Of a stretch of 64,000 bases of DNA, positions 23,534 to 36,233 are shown one piece after another. The number at the start of each line of letters is the position of its first letter. The first letter of the stretch is position 1. The notes under the pieces are model-generated. The model saw nothing but the letters and a program-made list of their open reading frames with translations. It ran no database searches and was not told where the DNA came from. The stretch is from Plasmodiophora brassicae (taxonomy: Eukaryota), in NCBI GenBank assembly GCA_036867785.1, contig CP145409.1:620001-684000 (forward strand), written 5' to 3'. The translations under genes and the position numbers were made by a program.

Positions 23534-23721
23534 TACATCATAACGTAATCCATTTACGAGAACGGCATTCGATCGCATCAGCGTCGATGTCAGGGGCTCC
23601 GGCGGGGGCTCCGGCGTGCACGACATCGACGCGGCGTTTTGCAGTTCTCAGGGCCCCCCCTATTCCCATTATTCGGGTGGGGGGCGCGCATCGAGGCAGC
23701 TGGGGACCAAGACGGGTTGCG

Positions 23722-24446
23722 ATGTCCATGATGCTGCTGTCGCAGTGGACGCTATGGCTGACCAAGCAGTACTGCGGGCCACCGATTAGCGAGCAAGTCT
23801 GGCAGATGCTGACGCGCAAGGTGGCGGTCTTCGATTCCGTCGAGGGGTTCTGGGGGTATGTCTGCGTGGCATTTGGAGTTCCCGGCGAACGTTCAGTGTA
23901 GTGGACAGCGTTATGAACCACGTCAAGCTACCATTGGAGATGAGGCACGACAAACTGAAGTACTACTTGTTCAAGTCAGATATCGAGCCCGTTTGGGAGC
24001 ACGAAGCGAATGCCAGCGGCGGTCAGTGGACGATCGAGTCCAACGAAACGTCCGACGACCATTGGATTGCTCTTGTAATGCCATACCTGATGAATGCAGA
24101 CGGGCAGCGCTGATCACATCCGCAAACAGGCGTGCGTTGTAATTGGCGAAGATTTCGAGTTCAGTGAACACATTTGCGGAGTTGGCTCCAGTGCGGCGAA
24201 GGGTGAACTCGTATGGAAACATCCACGTTGTAACGGCTGTCACGTATCGCAGTCTGACGCATGCTGACACAGTTGCTGACCATCTGGGTAAAAGACGCCT
24301 CTGATTGGGCGGCGTGCAATGGGGTTCGTCGCGCCATCCACGATGCCCTGAAATTTTCAGACACCAGCACTACCTGGCGGTTCAGGAAGCACTTTCCCAA
24401 CCGTCCCTACGTACCGAGCTCGTTCAGCCCGCATCCCCGCGTCTAG
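23722..24446 (+). CDS. eIF4E-family cap-binding protein (divergent); 4 exons
   Basis: LLSQWTLW; VFDSVEGFW; YYLFKSDIEPVWEHEANASGGQW; VIGEDFEFSEHICGV; LLTIWVKD; FRKH. Confidence 0.9.
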
Positions 24447-24678
24447 GCATCAATAAGAGTGTGGAACACGGCCCCTTGGACGTGTGGACCGTGCAACAGT
24501 ACCTGGTTGAAATGGTAGGCAAACTGTTTGCGGGATGGGTGCCTCGGCCATTCCTGGGACCACCATTGCGTTCCGATGCAGTGAGGCGAACGGATGCGAA
24601 GCGCTTTATGGCGACAACAGAGCGACCAGCACTTGTGTTTATTAGAGGGCGACGCGGCACATGACCAGCATCCGAAGT

Positions 24679-27520
24679 TCAAGCGTACGCGCCGCCGCCT
24701 GCCTGAGTTTTCGCACCTGCGGAATGGGTCGCCCCGGCGGCCGGCTGCGACCCAGAATCCGGTTTCGTAGTATCTTTGGGGAGCGATGTCTTCACAACTG
24801 TCTTGGTTTGGGCATCGGCTGTGCCCGTGTAGACGGCGACGATCTTTGGGACGAACAGGGTGGCCAGGGTGCTGACAGCCAGGAAGACGATCGCCGCCGA
24901 TGACATCAGGAAGGTCGCATCCGGCTGGTCCACCTGGATGAAGCTCAGCACCGGGATGACTATGCAACAGATCAGGCCGGTCGTGTAGATTGCAATCCCG
25001 ATCTGCTTCGAGTCGTTCAACGCCGGAATGTTGACGTGCCGCGTCCGAACTGACACCAGCGTCCATGTCAACGGAAACCCATCGATCGACACAGGAACAA
25101 CCGCAAGGGCTCACTGACATGCGAGGAACGATCCCAGTAGGATCAGGAACCCCTTGTAGCCATAGACGCCGAGCAGAACGGTGTCCATATGGGCAGAGCT
25201 GCATGTGCGAACCGATGCTTTGAGAATGTAGTCGAGGGGGTTGTTCGGGTCGGGCACGGCCGGCAGGTTCACGACGAGCAGCTGGAGCGGGTCCGCAGTG
25301 AACCACACCAGGATGATGACGGCGTCGATGGCGATAAGCGCGCCGACATACAGCAGCAGTGTTGAATTCTTGATCTTGACGACCTTACCGACGCCATCGC
25401 CCGATGTACCGAAGATCGCGCTGACCTACATCGCTATGGGGTCAGTTTCGCGCAAACGGGACCGCCTGGGCATGTCGGTGTACGGACGCGATACGTCTTG
25501 GAGAACAGTCCACCAAACGTCAACGAGAACGAAAAGATAAGGAGGGCGATACGCGCCTGGCAGTTGGACGTGTAGGCTGCCGGGTCGTTTGTGAAGCGTG
25601 CCTGGGCCAGGACGATGACGGCAGCGAACGCCAAGATGCATCCAAACGCGATGACGTCGCTGTTGGAAGAAGACTCAGTGCAACAGGCCCGTTTCAATGT
25701 GTGGACCGATACCGACTTGAGGATTGGTGTCGACATCTTGATAAACCGGACGTTGGCGTAGTAGATGTTGAAGACGAGGACGCCGGCAGCACCGATGATG
25801 CCGATCGCGCTGAGCACGGTCATGGCGATGGACGCTCCAGCGGAGACGGTCAGGACCACAGAGGTTGTCTGCGGCGAGTCGATTGGGGTGGTCGTGCGGC
25901 CGCCGCCGAATTTCACGCCGGCGATGTCGGTGATGCTCGACGATATCGCTCCGACCATGACGTACTTGAGGTTGCCGGACGAATCCCGTTGTACGTTCGA
26001 CAGACTGTACTGACCTGTGGGAGCATTGTTGTATATGAGTAAGAAGACGCGCGCGCAGAATGCCACTGATGCAGGTCACCAATTCGGTCACCCGCTGACG
26101 TCATTTCGACATGGCCGCTCTGTTGCCCACAGCCGTCAGCACACTGCTATGGAGCGTGACGCACGGCTGTGTACCGCTCCATCGTAGGGTGTCGTGCGGA
26201 TAGCCGTCAAGACGTTACCGTAGGTCAGGGGAACGTTCGCCTGCATCAGGTTGCGTATGATCGTGAACGCGAACTGTGCAGCGTCGTAGTTGCCGTGGAA
26301 GTCGCAGCTCTGGTAGCCGAGCGACGGGTTCTTCTCGTAATACGTCTGCCAGTGCCTACAGCGTATCATCAGCACATGGACACAGCCGCCCGCCTTCGTG
26401 GGTTGTTCCTCACTTGCAGTAGCGGATGAAGTTCGGGTCGCTCGAGTTCTGGTACGCGAACACGGCCATCAACCCCTCGGGAGGATTTGCAGGGGTGACA
26501 CCGTCCGACCCAATCCATACATACTGTGGCGCGTATAGCCCTTTCTTCTTCGCTATGGTAGCCAATGCATCCGAGTCGTCACCCGATGTGAACTGGACTA
26601 TAACTCGGATGCCAGATTGGACTCTGTCGGGACCAAGCACTGTCACAACGGTCCTCAACGGACGAACAGGCGACGGGTTGTCCTTACATGGAGTCGAGCT
26701 GTGTGCTGGGGCCCAAAGACGATTGATACTGCAGCGACAGGACGACCTCGATGTTCCTCTGCTTGGCTTCGGTGGCAAACTGTGTTGCCAGGCCCGTCCC
26801 GTACGAGTCGCTCGTGGCGATAACGACGACTTTCTTCCAGCCGAAGTGGGACACCAGTTGCGCTACGGCGCCTGCCTGGAAGTTGTCTGGCGGGATCAAA
26901 CGGCTGAACGCTTCGTACATGCTCTTGTCGGAGAACACTGGAGACGACGCGTATCCGGATATCTAGCGTCGTCCCCATGTTAGTCCAGCTTGGGCGCGCA
27001 TGGTATGTCGACGTACCATCGGCAGCTTGATGATCTGCCCATAGTGGGCGTAGAGTGACTTGTGCGTCCAATAGTCAGATACCCCATCGATCGTAGCGAT
27101 ATGCTCGTCCCTCTATCTTACGTTCTGAGACGACCACGTCGCCGTGATCATTATCGGCAAATCGGGTGGGTTGGTAAGCGACCCATTGTTGAGGCCGGCG
27201 CAGACGAACGCCTTGGCGGCAGGGATCAGGTCGCGCTGGGAGTCGTACCAGCGAACGCGAGCGATCTTCCCCGGGAACATCGTGCTCGCATTGTTGATCT
27301 CGTCCACAGCGATCTGGTAGGCGCGGATGTTGCCATGCTCGAAGTTGTCGGCCACCGCGATCTCTACCAGCGGGACGCCGGGCGGCGTCGTGCACGGGTA
27401 ATGCGAACAGCATGTCGTTCCCAGGTACGAGCACGGGTTCGGGTCGCAGAACGGCGTCCCTGACGCCGGCGACAACGCCCCGATGAGGGAGAGCACTACG
27501 AACAACGCCTGGATCGGCAT
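24679..27520 (-). CDS. Class C (GABA-B-like) G-protein-coupled receptor: signal peptide, Venus-flytrap/ANF domain and 7tm_3; spliced
   Basis: MPIQALFVVLSLIGALSPASG; FSDKSMYEAFSRLIPPDNFQAGAVAQLVSHFGWKKV; RFIKMSTPIL; CQARIALLIFSFSLTFGGLFSKTYRV; VYGYKGFLILLGSFLA; TRHVNIPALNDSKQIGIAIY; LFVPKI. Confidence 0.93.
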
Positions 27521-28042
27521 CGGTTACTCCTCAATTCGCCGGCAGCGAATACGGTTCTGGCTGGTCGAACTTCGGTTCGACTGACCACGCCTGTTACTTG
27601 TTGCAGGCCCCGCCTGGCGTCAGAGTCCAGTCAGTGTCCACTGGTCGGGGCTGTCGTCTGGGTGGCGGGCTCCCGTAACGTTGCTGACTCGCATCTGGGC
27701 CAGCAAAGCGCTCATCGATCCACTGGGCGCACTGGGTGTTGGCCGGGGCGGGCCACCGCCGACGTCTCTGGTGCACTCGTTCGCCGGCATCGAAGCAACG
27801 AGCGCAGTCACATGACGCAGGATGCAGGAGGCGCCCGTGTGTTTCGTGACATCAGACGTCTGCGCGTCTGTGTCGACAGATGGGCGCCATGCCTATACTG
27901 AACGTCTGCGTTGGCGCAATGGGCGGCAACGGCCAGGGTCGTCTTCCTACACAGCTGACCCTGGGTTAACCTGGATCGACGGGTACGTACTATCCATGCC
28001 ACTCACGTCGGCGCCGGAAGACGCGGTGGACCTGTTCTCAGC

Positions 28043-29500
28043 ATGCTGAGCCGCGTGTTGCCGCTCCTGGCACTGCTCCTTGGTCTGTCGGCCAGGTCGG
28101 ATGCGCACCTGAATCGCTCGCTCGACGCATGCCCGACCGGCGCGGATTGCTCAGCCACGACAGCGTACTCGTTCGCTCTGCCTGCCGCCGTTGGGTACTG
28201 GCAGGACGATTCGGGCCAGTACCTTACCTGCGATGCAGCGGAGCACTGCCCCACAGTCGGGAACGCGTGCTCGCCTGACCGAACAGGGCCTCGCTGCTCG
28301 ATTTGTCTAACTGGAGGCCGGCCCGATCCCGCTGGCAATTGCTCAGCGTCAACGGCGCTGTACGTCATCCCGTTGGCCCTACTGGGAATCATCAGTGTGC
28401 CTTTCGCAACGGCTAACGCGTTTCGAAACGACTCGCCGTTCCACCTCGCTGTGATTCGAGTGGCCATTGCAAGCGTGCAGATGATTGGCGCCATGGGCAC
28501 CTTGGTCGGGGAGTCGTTACCCTCTGGGGTCGCCCCGCTGATCGTTGCCATCGAATCGCTGGCCGGGTCGCCACGCGTTGTCAGCCTGGTCTGGTCATCG
28601 GAGCCATGGATAACGTTCCTAGTGTACTCTGCCCTGCCGGTCGCTCTCATTGGGACCATACTCGCCACACTGACGGTTCCCTCTCTGGCCCAATGGGCGG
28701 ATCGACAAAAGACGGTGCACCTCACCTATCTGCTTGGTGCGTCCAGCATGACACTGCTTATCGCTCGGGGGCGAACTGAGTGAACCATTTGTGCAGTGGC
28801 GATTGTCAGCTTCCAGACGCAGGCGTACGCCGTCCAAGCAGCCATCGAGTTGATCACAGCAAACCCATCGCAATTCAACGTCCTCGTCGCTGGCACGTCA
28901 ATTGCCGTTCAGCTTGTCGGCCTTCCCGCTGCCCTGTTCCTATATGACAACCCGGGCACGGATCACGTCGCCGTCTACGACCAGTTCCCGTATATTGTCA
29001 TGCATGCGGAGGCGCTGCTCAAAACGTTGGTGATATGTGCCCCGGCGTTCATGCCTCGACAGGAACAGGTGCCCTGCGCCGTGCTACTCCTGGCCGTAAT
29101 CACCATCGGCGTCCTGCTGGTCCAACCGTACCGAATCGAAGCTGTCGAGCGCCTGACGCTCATGTACCTGTCCACCGCGTTCCTCATTGTCACTTCGTCG
29201 GACCTGTCAAACACAACGGTAACCACCATCGCTGTCGATACAGCGCTGCTGGCATTCGTCGCCGGATCGGCGATGGTCATTCGGGAAGGCCGTTCTGATC
29301 TGGCGTCAATGAAATCGCAAGGACCGTCAAAGTGGGAGCTGAATCCAGCGCCCGCAGTATCGGCATCGTTCGCGGCCATGGTCAACCCGCTGGTCGTCCC
29401 ACTGACCCCTTACCAACCCGCTCGAGGCAGCAGCAACCCCGCGCCGGTCACCATCGGACAGGCCACGTCGTTCGCTCCGTACGCGAGCCCGACACCGTAA
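28043..29500 (+). CDS. Signal-peptide, cysteine-rich ectodomain, multi-pass membrane protein (receptor-like); 2 exons
   Basis: MLSRVLPLLALLLGLSARS; GYW...CDAAEHCP...CSPDRTGPRCSICLTG motif typical of protist Cys-rich multi-TM proteins; about 8-9 hydrophobic segments; VQPY motif. Confidence 0.75.
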
Positions 29501-29563
29501 CAACACACCCCATGCGATCAGTGTTCGCTGAACGCACCCTCCCCATCGCTTTCCATTGCCTTC

Positions 29564-32204
29564 ATGTACCCGATGACGGTTCGCGGGCCGACACCCCGAT
29601 TTGTAGACTGTTGTGTAGAGAGGGACGGGTCGGGCGCACTGGCGCAGCACTACGTACAGCGAACGGCGGAGCTGGCGCACGCAGTTTCCTGCATTCCTGC
29701 CCGAAATAGACTCGCCTCAGGAGGAACGCAGGCGCCGGGTCAATGCCATGTCGTGCCTGATCGACGGCTGCATTCTGATCGAAATCGACCGGTCGGCGGC
29801 GCTGCGCCCGGATCGGTTCCAGGGGCGGATTGTGAGCGTCGTACCCGATGGGTACCAGGCGCCGTGCGCCCTGGGGCAATTCGTGTTCCCGAATGGCGCT
29901 CCCGTGGCCAGTGACCGCAAACCGTCCCCGAGCCGGACGTTCCACGAGTTCGCGCTGACGAGCGCGAACGGTACGAGGTCGTTCGGGTTCGTCGCCATCG
30001 CCTGGTGCGAGAATCGCACAGAGAACAGATTCGTTCCGCGTGCCGTCTGCATCCTGTCGCAGTACCCCTTCTTCCAAACGATGCGACAGTTTCTGGAAGC
30101 GTTCACCATGGCGCACTGTGCCAGTGACGTAACCGGGGAGCACCTGGAGCGCATCTGGCGTCTGCTCGGCAATCAGACGTTTTCCGCTGATTCACCCGTT
30201 TATGCACGACTGAATTCCAACACCGAATTCCGATTCGCCCTGCCGGAGCATCGTCAAGGGTTGCCGCTGAGTGACGTATGATGCTTCCAGCCGATCGTTT
30301 GTGACATTGTATCGTTGACAACATCGGGCAGGTGAATTACCCGTTCTTGTTCAGGAAGCTGGATCCGACCAACATCATCCATGTCTTCAACGCCCTCCTG
30401 AACGAGACACCCGTTGCGTTCGTTTCACACTTCGCCGAAGCCCTTGCGCCGTGCCAGGTTCGTGTCTGCCGTCATGGGACGATACTTCGTTTGTTGATCG
30501 TGGCTTGCGGCGTGTCTTCAGGAAGCGTTCCTGTCGTTGCTGTACCCAATGCAGTGGCCGTTCCTGTACATTCCAATACTTCCGTCCAACCTGGTTGATT
30601 TCCTGCATGTCCCGCAGCCTTACGTGGTCGGCATTGTATCGCACACGCCGATCTCGGCGCCTGAGCACGCGCTCGTTGTCGACCTGGACAGGAATCGCCT
30701 GTCCGGGTACCTTGACCTGAAGCCGTTGCTGCCGTCCCGCCTTCGGTGGCGTTTGCGCGATTTCATAACACGGTACTGGTCCCAGTACCATGTTCGCCAT
30801 CCGGACGCGTGTCAGGCACGCCTGCCTGGCATCCCCGACAATGCGGTTGTCTACCCGGAAGCCATTCCTCCACCTCGGCCAAACGTTTCCCGCTATCGAT
30901 GTAGGCTTGTCGACTCCCGTACGATCACTAGTGCTCACGTGCGCCTGGCTGCTCAGGTCTGCTTGACATCGATGTTGTCAACGAGCTGTATTCTGGCGCG
31001 GAGGAGCAGGAATGGACCCGTGAGGGCGGGTCGTGTCCGCTGACGCACCCTGTTCTTGACCGAGGCAGTGTCACATCTCTACGTTCACAGTTCGCATCCG
31101 TTTTCGTGTCGTTGCTGGCCGGATACTCAGACTGTGTGCATAACGGCGTCTTCAACGAGGACGAATTTCTCGTCAATGCCGATGAATCCAAGAGGGTATT
31201 GCTTCGTCGGGGTAAATCCGGTCGGCGTTGCTAACGCCTGTTGATTGCTTAGGAGTTCCTTTCGAGCTTTGTCGCATCGCAGATGTTCTCCTTCTTCATC
31301 CAGCATCGTGATGAAACTATATGGTTCCATCGACGCCTGGACTCGTTGTCGAATCGGATCCGAAGCCGAATTGGTACGTTACGCCATTCCCCATGCGTTC
31401 GTGCAACCTGTGGGTTAACTGTGTTGTAGATGCTTCTACGCAGCGTGCATTCTGGGGCATCGTCTTCCGTCGGTCGATGAGCCGGAGGTGGATCACACGA
31501 TGCATACATGTCGACCGGCGCAACAACGTCAACCTTTATAGAGGTAGGACATCATTATGCATTTGGTCGTTGTGTCTCCCTTGCTGCGTGTTTACGATTG
31601 ACAGGCACCGCCCCGATGGTCGAACTCGTTAACGAACTTCACCGACTTGCCGTCACGCCAACGTCTGTGGGCATCGACCCAAGAAGGTTGTCGTCACATC
31701 AGATGAAGGCCGTGAAACGGGTCGAGGACGAACTCGACAGGATTAAGCCTTCGGCGTTCAAGTCGGTCATGTTCTCAATCGACGACCCCGCCGGCCGTAC
31801 AAAGGTGAGGTTGCTGTCTTCAGATTGTGAAAACATGCCTGACGCGACCTGGTTCCCTGCAGGTGTTTATTCCCGAGCACTGTGACCAACGATTCCCAAC
31901 GCCTTACGCGTTTGGTGTCCGACACGCTGATGGATCAGTGATCGAGCTATGCGCCCGGACGGCATCGGAACGACGTGTCTGGGTCCGCTACCTTCGATAT
32001 CGACTGGCAGTGAACCAGAGGAGACTGGCACCGTCGGGTTCGGTGACGGAGATGCGAATTCCAGCAACGCGGCCGTCGCTTGCGCGGCCGACCCGAACCA
32101 CCGTCGCGGAACTGAACGCCCTGCTCAGCAAACGCCTCGTCACGGACAGTCGATTCATCATGAACGGCGTGGCCAGTCGGCCTGACGTTGTCGCAGGATC
32201 GTAA
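29564..32204 (+). CDS. DENN-domain Rab GEF with C-terminal PH domain; spliced
   Basis: QFVFPNG; FHEFALTSANGTRSFGF; PRAVCILSQYPFF; LFRKLDPTNIIHVFNALLNETPV; LLYPMQWPFLYIPILP...LHVPQPYVVGI; PH end YAFGV...IELCARTASERRVWVRYL. Confidence 0.9.
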
Positions 32205-32369
32205 CCGTAAACTATCTGTAACGACTGGATTTCATCACTCGTGACCTTGTACGTATACACGGGTTTATGCTATACTCGGTTAAGGGAATGTGCACTCGGT
32301 GTGCAATCCGGTCTCGCCCCTCGGCCCCGGCGTCGGGCGTACGCACTCCGTGGAAACTGCACAGCCACA

Positions 32370-33166
32370 ATGGATGATCTGCTGGCCGTCATTGTTCCAG
32401 GTCTGCCCCTGCAGACGCATCTGGAGAGCACGGGGCCGACGCAAGCTGTCTGCAGGATAGCGTTGCCCCCGACGATATCGACGAAAGCCCTTGGGGTACG
32501 CTCGCCGCTGTGGGTCTGCATCGCCACAATTGACAGAGAGCCCCAGAACGTCGCTGTGTGTCTTCTGCGCCCGGAACGTATCCCGGTTGGGCATGGGCTC
32601 GCCATCTATGCGAATGTGCAAGTAGCAAACATGCCAGTGGAGAACTTTACCTTCGTCGGTTCTGTCAGCCCTACCTGTTTGTGACGCTCTCAGGCTATTG
32701 AACCTGAAACCCCACACATGACAGCGGTTATAATATAGGCCCATCAACAACCGTCGCCACCAGTATGGCAATCAGTGCAGGTACGCCTCAATCGAATGCA
32801 ATTGTAGGTTCAACCTTGTCTGACGATGTACTATATAGCTGGCGAACCTATGGAACTGGTCGTGTCGGACGCTCGGGCCGGCATTTCGTTACAGGCTGAC
32901 AATGGGCACCATTGTTACAGGTCATCGGCATATCGATCGAGACGGACATGTTCCTGCAGAACCTTTCGGAGAAGGTCGTCAGCGACGAGGCGGCCACGCA
33001 TGGAACATTAGGGATCGCGATCGCCCGTGACCTGTCCGTCTTCCTCAGCTCGTTCCAGGTCAGCCCGGCCAACGGCATGCTTCAGGTCCCGCCCGACGCT
33101 ATCGACAAGTGGCTTGTCAAGTTCGAGGCCAAATTCAAACGGGATCCCCAGTTCCTGTTCCGCTAA
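32370..33166 (+). CDS. HIKESHI: Hikeshi/OPI10-family protein (Hsp70 nuclear import carrier); spliced
   Basis: LAVIVPGLP; IPVGHGLAIY; IGISIE; C-terminal VPPDAIDKWLVKFEAKFKRDPQFL. Confidence 0.88.
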
Positions 33167-33195
33167 ACGGTGACCGCCACACGCCTATCTATTTG

Positions 33196-34713
33196 TTAAT
33201 AGGCAGCGCGCTGACTGCAGTATATTGTGCAATCTAGAATATACAGATCCGATTCGACCAACGGCTCGTGGTGTTTGCTAACCGATCAGCGATGACGCTC
33301 ATGCAAACCGATGGTTCGGCAGCGTCACCTACCGTGCCGCTGGTAACCGGACCCCACCACCAGACGGCGCCTTAGACCCTCGGCCTCCTTACGATGCAGC
33401 CGAGCCTGCGACGCGTGTCTGAGAACGCCCGATCTAGAAGGGCACTTGCTGTCGCGTACCTGTGCGGTCTTGGGATCCGGTCGCGGTTTCGAAATCGGTT
33501 TCGGCAGGTCTGCGAACCTCACAGACGGTACGTCGTGCTTGTCGCCCTTCATCTGCTCGACAGTGACCTGCAGGTGGCGCACGAGCGCTTCCAGGTCGGC
33601 GATGCGCTTTTCGCTGTTGCTGTCGTAGTCGTCGTGCGATCCGATCCTGCACATGTCCTCGTCCTCGAACCCCTCGCTGTCGTCCCGCCCGTCGCTGCTG
33701 CTGCCGCGCTCGCTCGGCGATGGGGCGAACTCGTCCACTGGGAGCCACGCCTGCGTCCTCCCGGGCTCCTCTGTCGGTCGCTGGGCCATGGGCCGACGAA
33801 CACGTGCTCGCGTCCCGCTAGCGGCCGCCGCCTGGATCGACTCCGTTGATGATGACGTCACCGACGCCTTCGACCATCGACTAAAGGTACCGGCCGCGAA
33901 CATAACGCTGTTGCTGACGTCGCCCAGCACCTTCCCGATCGGTGGCCGGTCCTTTGTCCTGACCAGCGGCTTTCGACGACGCTGCGTCGTCGGTTTCGTT
34001 GATGTCGGCTTCTTTCGGAACAGGACCGGAGCGGGTGCAGGTCCCCGTTTAACAGCAGGACGTCGTGATTTCGCTGCTGCCGACGTTGGCAGGGCGCAGA
34101 CCGATCGGGACAAGGGTGTTGGAGCTGGTCGAGCACGCGTGGGGGCCGCTGAGGACGACGCGCTGGATCGTCGTTTGGCCCAGGCCTCCGTGTCGCGCAT
34201 GAAGCCGGGAACGCGACGCTTCGTCGACTGTCTGGACTTGACCAGGTGGCCGGACGAGCGACGTCGCGGGAACGAGTTCGACTTGCCAGCGTTGCCGACG
34301 ATGGCCTCGAGCTTCAGGGCGCGTTCGTCGGCGAGCACCCGCTTGAAGTCGAAGTTGGGCATTGACGCCGACACAGGGAACGCTTGCGCCGGTGATGATG
34401 ACCCGGGCCCGGGCCGACGAACGGGGCTGACATCCGTCACGAGACCGTCGTCATCGTCATCGCCGACGTTGTCGTCATCGTCGGTGAACGGGTTCTTGAT
34501 GGTGTCGGGTGGTTTTGGGGTCGCCCGGTCAGACAGTTCCAGCGCGGTGTCGCTGTCCAGTGGGATCTCGTAGCGCGGGTCGACGACCAGCGGCTGCGTG
34601 ACGCATTCATGCAACGCGGACCGCAGCCAGGCCTCTTGCTCGCCTTCGGACGCCGACAACCACGAGTCGTCCGTGTCGTTGCCTTCCCCGCTGGGAAACT
34701 CCACTGCGTCCAT
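33196..34713 (-). CDS. Hypothetical low-complexity protein with C-terminal coiled coil; 3' exons approximate
   Basis: About 1.25-kb open first exon rich in S/P/R/D; EKRIADLEALVRHLQVTVEQMK coiled coil; GT-AG introns near the 3' end. Confidence 0.6.
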
Positions 34714-35018
34714 GATGGATAACGTTCGCTCGCGAGACACGAATCTCGTTTATGGCTGCCAGGCGACTGCAACGAGCGACCCCGAAGTTCCCCCAAGCCC
34801 ACCCCTCATAGAGTCGAACGCTGGCGCCAATTCAAATTTGCTGCTGCTACCAGTGCCAGGCCGGGAGATACGCCCGCGATCCATGTTACGATTGACGAGC
34901 GGTGGCTTCACCGGCGGGCCGCGCGCCGTCATTCGACAATAATATCTTCTTCTTCTTGGGTCCCCTGGCCGGCACACTCCGACCTGAACTTATATGTAGA
35001 TGTCGGCCTGTATCTATG

Positions 35019-35516
35019 TTACACGGGTGGAACAATGTCCACGCCGGGATTCTTGATCCTAGGGCGGAGGAACTCGGCCAGGTTGCTGCCTAGGACCAGG
35101 TCGGGCTGAGCGGACCGCAGGCAGGCGAACAGGGCGATGTTGGCGGCGCAGAGCAGTGCGTTGAAGAAGGCGGCGGCGTAGGTGGCGAACGCACCGGCGT
35201 GCGCGCTCCAGAACACGCAGTCGTCCATGGCGAGATTGGCGAACGCGGCCGCTGCGCACAGCAGGATGCCGAAGGTCATCTCGGACATGCGCTGCCTGGC
35301 GCCGACGACGACGCCCGAGCAGATGGAGCACACCAGCCAGAGCATCGTGTGCCACCATGCCACGTACTGCATCGACACGGCGTCGCCAGGTCGCATTGCG
35401 CCCACGTCGTCCTTGCCGACGGCACTCATCGCCGCCATCGTCTGGCATATCACGAAGATCTGGGACGCACACCAGACGGCACGCACACGATGCACAGCGT
35501 TCCATTCGACGGCCAT
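35019..35516 (-). CDS. Hypothetical small 4-TM membrane protein (165 aa)
   Basis: Single exon from ATG 35516 with four hydrophobic segments; C/G-rich third codon positions. Confidence 0.55.
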   Translation of the reverse strand: MAVEWNAVHRVRAVWCASQIFVICQTMAAMSAVGKDDVGAMRPGDAVSMQYVAWWHTMLWLVCSICSGVVVGARQRMSEMTFGILLCAAAAFANLAMDDCVFWSAHAGAFATYAAAFFNALLCAANIALFACLRSAQPDLVLGSNLAEFLRPRIKNPGVDIVPPV

Positions 35517-35790
35517 CACGAATAAACTTATTGTATCCTGTCGGCAGGCAACTCCAATATGAGGGGTTAATAGCATCCGGCTACGGATCGACGATCACAG
35601 AGAGGTGATGTCGCATGACAGGAGATCAATGCTTACCTTGATGTCACAGACACGGCGGTCATTGCTGCCGACAGGAATACGTATCGAGAGAGAGAGACAG
35701 ATTCACCGAAGCGGTAAATATAGTAACGAACGTTCGCGATGCAGGGAGCGCAGGTGGAGACAGATCTTGTGTCGCGCGAAACGATGCCGA

Positions 35791-36129
35791 TCACCAGCGG
35801 TCACCGCCGCCGTAGCCGCCGCCGCCGCCGCCACCCGATCCGTAACCTCGACCACCGTACCCAGTATCCTGACGTTGCTCGCGCGGCTGGCCCTTGACGT
35901 AGGAGCCACCGGGGCCGGTCACGTTGACCGCCTTGGTGCGACCATCAGGAGCGACCTCGACGTCGAACTCGACGGGCTCGCCATCGGCCAGCGAGCGGTA
36001 CCCGTTCGCATAGACCGACGTCTGGTGGACGAACAGCTCCTCGCTACCGTCGTCCGGCGTGATGAAGCCGAACCCCTTGGTGTTGTTGAAGAACTTGACG
36101 ATGCCCGTCTTCTTCTGGTGCTCCGCCAT
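35791..36129 (-). CDS. Cold-shock domain protein with glycine-rich tail (112 aa)
   Basis: TGIVKFFNNTKGFGFITPDDGSEELFVHQTSV (RNP1/RNP2)...YRSLADGEPVEF...KAVNVTGPGG followed by GYGGRGYGSGGGGG. Confidence 0.96.
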   Translation of the reverse strand: MAEHQKKTGIVKFFNNTKGFGFITPDDGSEELFVHQTSVYANGYRSLADGEPVEFDVEVAPDGRTKAVNVTGPGGSYVKGQPREQRQDTGYGGRGYGSGGGGGGGYGGGDRW

Positions 36130-36233
36130 GGTCCAAACGCCGAGCGACGACCCACCGACAAATAACGAATTTGTCGCACGCGCGCCCCACTGGTACGGAC
36201 CCCACGCACCGCCCGGATTGGGGCCTTCACTCG

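Noticed and set aside
24178-24272. Frameshift in eIF4E (VRRR in the +1 frame)
   Set aside because: A typical ~62-nt GTATGG...CTGAC..CAG intron gives an uninterrupted frame with no frameshift needed. It is kept only as a refutation test.
35791-36129. Cold-shock gene as a bacterial csp transfer
   Set aside because: The NVTGPGG motif and Gly-rich tail are eukaryotic CSD features.
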